From NCBI GenBank assembly GCA_041562555.1, contig JBFEXS010000065.1, forward strand, positions 1-13,085: a DNA stretch of 13,085 nucleotides, read 5' to 3'. The stretch's first letter is position 1; each line of letters begins with the position of its first letter. This DNA is from Sulfurimonadaceae bacterium. Lineage in GTDB: Bacteria > Campylobacterota > Campylobacteria > Campylobacterales > Sulfurimonadaceae. This document shows positions 7,110 to 13,085 of the stretch, one piece after another. Both the position numbers and the translations under genes were made by a program. Below the pieces are notes generated by a model. It saw only the letters and a list, made by a program, of their open reading frames with translations. It searched no databases and was not told where the DNA came from.

Positions 7110-7274
7110 ATGAAAAAATATAGATGTCCGACGTGTGATTATATCTATGACCCTGCCTTGGGGGATCCTGAGTCTGATATCCCACCGGGAACAGCATTCG
7201 AAGACCTTCCGGATGACTGGGTTTGTCCAGATTGTGGAGAGCCAAAAGAAGAATTTGAACCGGTTGAAGACTAG
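7110..7274 (+). CDS. Rubredoxin (54 aa, absent from the ORF track)
   Basis: Manual translation [54 protein letters not shown]: two CxxC knuckles and the [14 protein letters not shown] motif; AGGAG RBS at 7099-7103. Confidence 0.97.
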   Translation: MKKYRCPTCDYIYDPALGDPESDIPPGTAFEDLPDDWVCPDCGEPKEEFEPVED

Positions 7275-7288
7275 TCTTAGCTTTTTTT
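7262..7288 (+). terminator. Possible intrinsic terminator spanning the rubredoxin stop
   Basis: AAGACTAGTCTT palindrome (7267-7278), extendable with a bulge and G-U pairs, followed by T7 (7282-7288). Confidence 0.35.
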
Positions 7289-7313
7289 GACTACAATGTC
7301 ACTCTTCAACCAT

Positions 7314-7401
7314 AGACAGGTGGCCGAGTGGTCGAAGGCGCTCGCCTGGAACGCGAGTATAGGGCAACCTATCGAGAGTTCGAATCTCTTCCTGTCTGCC
7401 A
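7314..7401 (+). tRNA. tRNA-Ser(GGA)
   Basis: Acceptor AGACAGG/CCTGTCT, G73, encoded CCA; anticodon stem CTCGC-CTGGAAC-GCGAG; long variable arm; GTTCGAATC T-loop; TACAAT -10 at 7292-7297. Confidence 0.97.
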
Positions 7402-7412
7402 TGTTCGTATTT

Positions 7413-7802
7413 CTACGAAATCTTTTCTACTTTCTTACAATTTTGAATATTATAGATGAAATAGCACCCGTACACAAGCAACGCAACGGTTAAAAGCTTT
7501 ACAGAAATCAAGGGTATGACCACAACGGAGTAGGTGCCAAATATACCGATCATGATAAATGAAAGCTTTTTTGCAAAACGGGGTATGCATCGTGAATTTT
7601 CCCAATTATAAAGAATCGGACCGAAGATCTTATTGTTAAGAAGCCATTGATGGCACCTTTCCGAAGACTGGGAGAAGAAGAAAGCAGCGAGGATGATAAA
7701 GGGTGTGGTAGGTAAAAGAGGGAGAAATACACCCAATAGACCTAAGAGTATGAAGACAAAGCCGAAGATAAGATACAGTGTCTTTTTAACATGTTTTCGC
7801 AT
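7413..7802 (-). CDS. ybaN: YbaN/DUF454 family inner membrane protein
   Basis: LGLLGVFLPLLPTTPFIILAAFFFSQSS....WLL....FGP.L..W signature; gcTATAAT upstream (7834-7829). Confidence 0.9.
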   Translation of the reverse strand: MRKHVKKTLYLIFGFVFILLGLLGVFLPLLPTTPFIILAAFFFSQSSERCHQWLLNNKIFGPILYNWENSRCIPRFAKKLSFIMIGIFGTYSVVVIPLISVKLLTVALLVYGCYFIYNIQNCKKVEKIS

Positions 7803-7911
7803 AATACATCTCTCATTTTAGTAGTGGCATTATAGCTTGTAGGAAATAAAAATAGTTAAATGCTTGACTTCTCGGCAGGGATAAAAGATAATTTCATCAA
7901 AAAGGAAAAAC

Positions 7912-8190
7912 ATGGCAGTAGCTGATGCAAGACATATCCTCGTTGATGACGAGGCACAATGCCGGGAGTTGATCGATCGGATTAAAAACGGTGAGGATTT
8001 TGCTGCACTGGCACAGGAATATTCATTATGTCCATCCAAAGCAAAAGGCGGCGACTTGGGGACCTTCTCTCCCGGCAAGATGGTCAAGGAGTTTGATGAG
8101 GTAGTCTTCTCTGCCGATGTGGGCGAGATCTATGGGCCGGTGAAGACAGAGTTCGGGTATCATCTATTGGAAGTCACCTATCGAGGATAA
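7912..8190 (+). CDS. ppiC: Parvulin-type peptidyl-prolyl cis-trans isomerase
   Basis: ARHILV, FAALAQEYSLCPSKAKGGDLG.F..G.MVKEFD and GPVKTEFGYHL; 92 aa; AAAAGGA RBS. Confidence 0.95.
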   Translation: MAVADARHILVDDEAQCRELIDRIKNGEDFAALAQEYSLCPSKAKGGDLGTFSPGKMVKEFDEVVFSADVGEIYGPVKTEFGYHLLEVTYRG

Positions 8191-8199
8191 TGAATGGTA

Positions 8200-9078
8200 T
8201 CAGAACCCTCTGAGGTGTTGTGGTACCAATGCCGGTTCCCCACGTTTGAGGGTTTTTTCGATCTGAAGAAGCAGTTTGTCTCTGTCTTTGGGTAGAGTGC
8301 CTGCAAGATGCAGGGCATTGGAAGCGTGATTGGATCGGAAGATGACCTGATTGGTCGGTTTGAGCATCGATACCAGACGTCGTTGTTCATCCAATACTTC
8401 CAGATCACTCAAAGGGTGAAAATTTTCAAACTGTTTAAGAAACCATCCTTTTATTTGCTCATCAAGTCCTAATTGTAAAGTGGAAAGATACGTGACCTTG
8501 GTCCGGTTGATCAGTTTTGCTGTGTTCTCTATGTGCGTAGCCGTATGCTCAAGGCCACCCAAACCAAGAATAACAGTGACTGAAGTCTTGAGCTTGGCTT
8601 CGTGGGCTCTGTTTAATGCAGTCACAATCTCAGATGCATTTACTCCTTTATGAATTTTTTGTAAGAGGATCTCATCTCCTGTCTCGACTCCGAAATAAAT
8701 AAGCGACAATTTGTTCTCATACAGTGTTCGTAACTCTTTTTCACTCTTTTGCAAGATGTTCTGTGCAGTTGCATAGAGGGATATCCTTCGCAGTTGTTTG
8801 AAGGAGTTTTGTAAATAGTCTAGCACTTCCAGTAGATACTCCGTAGGAAGGGAGAGTGCGTCTCCATCAGCTAAAAAAACTCTTTTTGTGTCTGGATAGG
8901 CTTTTGCCAAGTGATCGATTTCGGAAAAAAGCGTACGGATATCGCGTATCCCATATTTTTTTGTTTTATACATACTGCAAAAGGTACAGTTATTATGACT
9001 GCAGCCATAGGTGGCTTGAAGAATGATACTATTTGCTTCTGCGGGCGGTCGATAGAGGGGGAAATTATAGTTGATCAT
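8200..9078 (-). CDS. Radical SAM protein of unknown function
   Basis: YRPPAEA.S..LQATYGCSHNNCTFCSMY (CxxxCxxC), FLADGDAL, YFGVETG and FRSNHASN motifs. Confidence 0.9.
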   Translation of the reverse strand: MINYNFPLYRPPAEANSIILQATYGCSHNNCTFCSMYKTKKYGIRDIRTLFSEIDHLAKAYPDTKRVFLADGDALSLPTEYLLEVLDYLQNSFKQLRRISLYATAQNILQKSEKELRTLYENKLSLIYFGVETGDEILLQKIHKGVNASEIVTALNRAHEAKLKTSVTVILGLGGLEHTATHIENTAKLINRTKVTYLSTLQLGLDEQIKGWFLKQFENFHPLSDLEVLDEQRRLVSMLKPTNQVIFRSNHASNALHLAGTLPKDRDKLLLQIEKTLKRGEPALVPQHLRGF

Positions 9079-9155
9079 AAGATTATTGTAGCTTTTTATG
9101 GCTGAAAAGATGAGTGGAAATGTATTCAGAGTAGTCGCTAACTGCTATATGAGTG

Positions 9156-9164
9156 TGTTATAAT
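9156..9164 (+). promoter_or_regulatory. Extended -10 sigma70 promoter of the PAS-MCP operon
   Basis: TG-T-TATAAT, 27 nt upstream of ATG 9192. Confidence 0.6.
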
Positions 9165-9191
9165 AGCCACATTAATTGGGAAGGACAGGCT

Positions 9192-9677
9192 ATGGAACGC
9201 AAAATGAATGAAAATGATTTCATTGTGTCTAAAACCGACTTACGGGGGAATATCACGTATTGTAATCGGATTTTTATGGAGATGGCGGAGTATGAAGAGG
9301 AAGAATTGCTGGGTAAACCGCATAATATCATCCGTCATAAGGAGATGCCAAAGGCAGTTTTCAAACTTTTGTGGGATCGTATCCAGAATAAAGAAGAGGT
9401 ATTCGCTTTTGTTGTGAACGCAACGAAGAACAATAATGAGTACTGGGTCTTTGCAAACGTAACAGCCTCATTGGATGCCCGAGGAAAGATCATTGGGTAT
9501 TATTCCGTGAGACGTAAACCAAACCCTAAAGCGATAGAGATTATCAAGCCTCTGTATGCCAAGATGCTGGAGGTTGAAAAGACAAATGGTATGGAAGCCT
9601 CCGGTAGAGTCTTGACTGATTTATTAGAAGAGAAAGGAATGAGTTATGATGAACTTGTCATCGCTATTCAAGAATAA
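9192..9677 (+). CDS. Stand-alone PAS domain protein (Aer/CetB-like, probably FAD-binding)
   Basis: [16 protein letters not shown]......[21 protein letters not shown]...YWV.A.V.....GYYSVRRKP, an Aer-type PAS. Start at ATG 9192 after AAGGA; the ORF-track GTG 9153 lies at the promoter. Confidence 0.9.
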   Translation: MERKMNENDFIVSKTDLRGNITYCNRIFMEMAEYEEEELLGKPHNIIRHKEMPKAVFKLLWDRIQNKEEVFAFVVNATKNNNEYWVFANVTASLDARGKIIGYYSVRRKPNPKAIEIIKPLYAKMLEVEKTNGMEASGRVLTDLLEEKGMSYDELVIAIQE

Positions 9678-11067
9678 GCAGGCCCTGGTTCTTCTGATCG
9701 GTCTTATTGCCATTTGTGTGTATGCACTGGTGATTTCGGAGTTTGTGTTAGCCGGGTTGGCATTGGTCGTTATTATTGTATCGAGCTTTGCAAAACCTGC
9801 TGCAACTGCTATAAGCACGTATTTGAGAGATGAGATTCGAAGGGTACTTAATGCAACCGCCAAGGGAGATTTAGAACAGCGAATTACGCATATCCACTCC
9901 AAAGACAAGGGTCAGGAGGAGCTTGCGTGGGCAGTCAATGATGTTCTTGATCAGCTTGAAGCCTTTATGCGCGATGTATCGACTTCCATTGCAATGGCAT
10001 CGGATGGTAAGACTTATAGACGCACGTTTCCAAGTGGGTTACACGGTAAGTTTAGAGACACCTGTATACAGCTAAATAATTCGATCGAGGCGATCTCCTT
10101 GGGTCATAAGACTAAGGTCCGTGGTGAACTGGCGAGGGAGTTCAATAAGCTTGGAGGAGGCTCAGACGGAGGCTTGAGTCTTATTCAAAGTGATGTCGAC
10201 AGGGCAGAGGGAGAATCAGAACATATTGTCAAAACGGCTGAGTTGACAGCAGAAGAGGCATCAAAAAGTCGTGAGAGTGTGTATTCGGTGAGCAAGAAGC
10301 TGACGGAATTGAACGAATTGATTACGGCATCCCATGAGGGTGTTATAAGCCTGCATGGACGCTCTCAAGAGATTTCGGAGATAGTAGGCTTGATCAAAGA
10401 CATCGCAGACCAGACAAATCTTTTAGCCCTTAATGCTGCGATAGAAGCAGCTCGTGCCGGGGAGCATGGACGTGGGTTCGCGGTTGTCGCTGATGAGGTT
10501 CGAAAACTGGCTGAGCGTACGCAAAAAGCAACACAGGAGATCGAAATCACTATCTCAACATTACAGCAAGAGTCCAGCGAGATCCAGAGTAATTCGGAGC
10601 ATGTCTCAGAGTTGGCAACGACTTCGAGTGATGAGATCCAAAGTTTTGAAGAGATCTTCACGCACTTTTATGAAACGGCACAAAGCTCGGCACAGTCTGC
10701 TAATCTGATTAAAAACAGGCTGTTTGTCACACTGACGAAGATCGATCACATTATCTTGAAATCATCAGCATATTCAGCTGTACTGGAAGAAGAGGGCAGG
10801 GACGACCTATCGGACGCACAGGCATGTCGTTTGGGAAGATGGATGGAATCAGAGGGTGCACAGCGTTTCAGTCATACCCCATCTTTTAGAAAGATTGCCA
10901 TCCCGCATGCCAAAGTTCATGAAAGACTACATGAAAATATGAAGTTTGCCAAAGAAAAGACAACACTTGAAGGACGTAATCCGGAACAACTGGTAGAAAA
11001 CTTCAAACAGATGGAAGCGGCGAGTAAAGAGCTGTTTAGCGTTTTAGACAATATGGTCATGGAGTGA
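9646..11067 (+). CDS. Methyl-accepting chemotaxis protein (CetA-like TM hairpin, HAMP-like region, signalling domain) with C-terminal CZB zinc-binding domain
   Basis: Two adjacent TM segments with no periplasmic loop; [43 protein letters not shown] ligands in [14 protein letters not shown] and PHAKVH. Start at 9646 or 9649. Confidence 0.93.
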   Translation: MMNLSSLFKNKQALVLLIGLIAICVYALVISEFVLAGLALVVIIVSSFAKPAATAISTYLRDEIRRVLNATAKGDLEQRITHIHSKDKGQEELAWAVNDVLDQLEAFMRDVSTSIAMASDGKTYRRTFPSGLHGKFRDTCIQLNNSIEAISLGHKTKVRGELAREFNKLGGGSDGGLSLIQSDVDRAEGESEHIVKTAELTAEEASKSRESVYSVSKKLTELNELITASHEGVISLHGRSQEISEIVGLIKDIADQTNLLALNAAIEAARAGEHGRGFAVVADEVRKLAERTQKATQEIEITISTLQQESSEIQSNSEHVSELATTSSDEIQSFEEIFTHFYETAQSSAQSANLIKNRLFVTLTKIDHIILKSSAYSAVLEEEGRDDLSDAQACRLGRWMESEGAQRFSHTPSFRKIAIPHAKVHERLHENMKFAKEKTTLEGRNPEQLVENFKQMEAASKELFSVLDNMVME

Positions 11068-11102
11068 TTTACATTCCATTTACCCTTATGTACTAAAATT
11101 TT

Positions 11103-11236
11103 GACATCCAACTTAAGATGTTAGGCTGGAAACAGGATGTAAACTATCCCCCCAATTGTTACACCTGTATAGATTATTTATTTACTTTTTACATGTAAAG
11201 CATATGGATTCCCCCGTCCGTATGCTACTCCTTTTT
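11103..11236 (+). ncRNA. Candidate small regulatory RNA with two C-rich-loop hairpins
   Basis: TAAAAT -10 at 11094-11099; three predicted stem-loops (11103-11122, 11132-11168, 11199-11226), the last two with UCCCCC loops; T-tract at 11232-11236; no meaningful ORF. Confidence 0.5.
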
Positions 11237-11250
11237 AAAACCTTTTTTTT
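11199..11250 (+). terminator. Intrinsic-terminator-like hairpin
   Basis: AGCATATGGA/TCCGTATGCT 10-bp stem (one G-U) followed by ACTCCTTTTT and a T8 tract. Confidence 0.6.
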
Positions 11251-11251
11251 A

Positions 11252-11269
11252 TGATAAAATATTTATAAT
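11252..11269 (+). promoter_or_regulatory. Promoter -10 elements for the response regulator
   Basis: TG-A-TAAAAT (11252-11260) and TATAAT (11264-11269) in an AT-rich context. Confidence 0.5.
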
Positions 11270-11284
11270 TTAAAACGATGTTCA

Positions 11285-11311
11285 ATATAAAAGCAAGCTT
11301 TGCTTTTGTAT
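11285..11311 (+). repeat. Inverted repeat in the response-regulator leader
   Basis: AAAAGCAA-GCT-TTGCTTTT perfect 8 bp, extendable to 12 bp with one G-U pair. Confidence 0.5.
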
Positions 11312-11332
11312 CTTTACTCTAAAGGATTCCCC

Positions 11333-11980
11333 ATAAGACGTTGTGCCCTAGTAGAAGATGATACGGTTTTTTTAGCCTTGATGCATAACTTTTTTGAGAA
11401 GAAAGCATGGATTTGTGATGATTATGTAGATGTGAATGGAGTATTGGAAGGTGTAAAAAACAATATATATGATCTGTATATTATCGATATCAACCTACCC
11501 GATTCTGATGGGATATCCCTTGTAAAGGAACTCCGTCAACTCTATCCGCACGTGCCTATTATCATGGTTAGCGGCTACAATGATATCGAGACGATCATGA
11601 ATGCCTATGATATGGGGTGCGATGAATATCTGAAAAAGCCTTTTGATCTACGTGAATTGGAGATCAAGGTCTCAAAGCTAATGAATGATAAGTTACTGCA
11701 GCTGAATGAGACGGTAAAATATGATGTATCCGGCCGTATTTTATATATAGATGGGCAAGAGGTACATCTGAGCCAAAAAGAGTCCAATCTTCTTCATACG
11801 TTTATGACCAATATCAATAGACCTTTAACTCACGGGTATTTGGAATCTATCATCTGGGGTGGAGTCGAAGATAACGGACATGCACTTCGTAACCTGGTAC
11901 TTCGTCTTCGTAAGCGTATTGGTACGGGGATCATCGATACTGTACAGGGAAAAGGCTATATTCTACGTTTAAATACCTAG
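11333..11980 (+). CDS. OmpR/PhoB-family response regulator with no adjacent kinase (probable ATA start)
   Basis: Receiver domain: LVEDD, IIDINLPD.DG (phospho-Asp), MVSG, YLKKPF. Winged helix: LSQKE..LL...IWG...LR.LV.RLRKRIG...IDTVQGKGY. AAAGGA lies 6 nt before ATA 11333; alternative TTG 11300 has no SD. Confidence 0.88.
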   Translation: MRRCALVEDDTVFLALMHNFFEKKAWICDDYVDVNGVLEGVKNNIYDLYIIDINLPDSDGISLVKELRQLYPHVPIIMVSGYNDIETIMNAYDMGCDEYLKKPFDLRELEIKVSKLMNDKLLQLNETVKYDVSGRILYIDGQEVHLSQKESNLLHTFMTNINRPLTHGYLESIIWGGVEDNGHALRNLVLRLRKRIGTGIIDTVQGKGYILRLNT

Positions 11981-12853
11981 AGAGCTTGTTTCCCGTCTTG
12001 TGTAGAGTATTTTTCTGTATTTTGTTGAATACGCGATATCATAGATAAAATTTGTTTGTTCATTGTCACTGTTTTGACAGGATATGTGTCCTGATGAGAG
12101 GAGATATCCCTTCCCTTTTCCATGAGGATCAAGCTGTTGTAAAAAATACTCATCCAGTGAAACCTCTTTATCTTGTGTATAACGATTTGATATATACATT
12201 TCACCATTATTGAGGATACAGATGCCTCCCATCTGTACCAGAGCGGAATAGGACCACAAACCGATATTCAAAGTATTGAGATCGATGTCTTCAAGATCGA
12301 AATAATCGATATACCATTGTAAACTATAACCTTGAAGCTGTTCGTTTTCATGGGTGATGAGAAAATAGGAAGTCTCTCCCTTGCGCTTGACCTCAAAATC
12401 ATCACCTGTGTTGATACATTTCATCCATCCCTTATAACCGGTAAGACGTCCTTTTTTGTAATATTCTTTTATGTTTGAGAACTCAAAATCGATCGAATCA
12501 AACTCTCTGGCTATTGATTTTCCATATTGAAGTCCGTATTGCACTGTCCCATCATGATCTTCACAGTAGTCTACAAGATCATTGAGCATGTTGAGTTTTG
12601 CAGACACGGTTTTAACACGAAGTTTGTAGAGTGTCTTATAAGGGCTTTCGGCGAGGATGACAAACTCGTTCTCATCGACTATGTAATCTTTGACATTACG
12701 TTGCTTGTCAGGACGTTTGCCATTTTGGTAACCAAAGGTAGTGGCCGTTTTCATCGTCTCTGTTGCCTCTTGCCCCATACGAATCAGTGTACAGCCATCG
12801 AGTGTTAATAAAAGGATAAAGTATAAAAAATAAGTGTTAAGTTTTGAAAACAT
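11969..12853 (-). CDS. Hypothetical lipoprotein with an internal duplicated two-Cys domain
   Basis: MFSKLNTYFLYFILLLTLDG-C lipobox-like signal (Cys21). The ORF-track extension to 12970 runs through the tRNA and is rejected; alternative start at 12868. Confidence 0.72.
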   Translation of the reverse strand: MFSKLNTYFLYFILLLTLDGCTLIRMGQEATETMKTATTFGYQNGKRPDKQRNVKDYIVDENEFVILAESPYKTLYKLRVKTVSAKLNMLNDLVDYCEDHDGTVQYGLQYGKSIAREFDSIDFEFSNIKEYYKKGRLTGYKGWMKCINTGDDFEVKRKGETSYFLITHENEQLQGYSLQWYIDYFDLEDIDLNTLNIGLWSYSALVQMGGICILNNGEMYISNRYTQDKEVSLDEYFLQQLDPHGKGKGYLLSSGHISCQNSDNEQTNFIYDIAYSTKYRKILYTRRETSSLGI

Positions 12854-12891
12854 ATGAGATAGTAGCATAAGGGAGTTGAATTTCAAATAGA

Positions 12892-12976
12892 TGGTGCGGA
12901 TGAGAGGACTTGAACCTCCACACCTTGCGGCACTAGATCCTAAGTCTAGCGTGTATACCAATTTCACCACATCCGC
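12892..12976 (-). tRNA. tRNA-Leu(TAG), copy 1
   Basis: Minus strand GCGGATG...CATCCGC-A-CCA; anticodon arm CTAGA-CTTAGGA-TCTAG; variable arm; GTTCAAGTC T-loop; 85 nt. Confidence 0.97.
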
Positions 12977-13021
12977 GTAATAATAGAAAGATTTGATATT
13001 GTTAAAAGTGCTTTATGAAGA

Positions 13022-13085
13022 TGGTGCGGATGAGAGGACTTGAACCTCCACACCTTGCGGCACTAGATCCTAAGTCTAGCGTGTA
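13022..13085 (-). tRNA. tRNA-Leu(TAG), copy 2 (5' end beyond the window)
   Basis: 64 nt identical to 12892-12955, including the anticodon and CCA; 130-bp period. Confidence 0.88.

Noticed and set aside
7287..7493. 68-aa plus-strand ORF
   Set aside because: Runs through tRNA-Ser and antisense into ybaN.
7864..7892. TTGACT-N17-GATAAT promoter for ppiC
   Set aside because: Spacing is right, but the -10 lacks the conserved first T; too weak to list as a feature.
7550..9105. ORFs 7550-7732, 7830-8087, 8178-8408, 8911-9105
   Set aside because: Alternative frames or antisense of ybaN, ppiC and the radical SAM gene.
11120..11150. CTG-GAAA-CAG-GATGTAAAC as a c-di-GMP-I or Moco riboswitch
   Set aside because: Has a GNRA-like loop but lacks the GGCAAAC and CUAA/UAGC elements of GEMM and the GCCUCCC/GGAAAGGAG elements of Moco; an Infernal search would settle it.
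11190..11204. Minus-strand micro-ORF MLYM after GGGGGA
   Set aside because: Four codons starting inside a hairpin stem; no supporting evidence.
9208..12808. ORFs 9208-9417, 9624-9908, 10365-10661, 10454-10708, 10917-11111, 11605-11787, 11977-12207, 12527-12808
   Set aside because: Shadows of the PAS, MCP, regulator and lipoprotein genes.
7402..12891. Integrated element between the facing tRNA-Ser and tRNA-Leu 3' ends
   Set aside because: No integrase or transposase, no duplicated tRNA 3' end found inside, and the cargo includes ordinary genes (ppiC, ybaN).
12854..12970. N-terminal extension of the 333-aa ORF
   Set aside because: Mostly a translation of the tRNA-Leu gene; the signal peptide fits a start at 12853.
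12892..13085. Direct repeat as a CRISPR array or att site
   Set aside because: The repeat unit folds as a complete tRNA; no cas or integrase gene in the window.

Overview
Chromosomal segment of a sulfur-oxidising Campylobacterota bacterium (Sulfurimonas/Sulfurovum-like, inferred from protein style, gene order, gnTAnnAT promoters and AAGGA ribosome-binding sites). It opens with the end of the spc ribosomal operon (rpsE-rplO-secY-map-infA), which is not followed by rpmJ/rpsM. A mosaic of redox and sensory genes follows: a QxxHH-type membrane desaturase without a cytochrome b5 domain; a flavin amine-oxidase-family gene; a stand-alone minus-strand operon (secreted protein ending SGNVPSCG, cytochrome c553, SoxY with a non-canonical GGCDP arm, SoxZ); a divergent rubredoxin missing from the ORF track; tRNA-Ser(GGA); ybaN; ppiC; a radical SAM gene; a bipartite PAS + MCP(CZB) chemoreceptor; an OmpR-family regulator that probably starts at ATA; an unknown lipoprotein with a duplicated two-Cys domain; and tandem tRNA-Leu(TAG). 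The best leads for something undescribed are (i) a candidate ~130-nt small RNA at ~11103-11236 with two stem-loops that each expose a UCCCCC loop, and (ii) the SoxYZ-variant operon, which may encode two different C-terminal-Cys carrier proteins. No integrase, transposase or CRISPR array was seen. All calls come from reading the sequence by eye; no searches were run.
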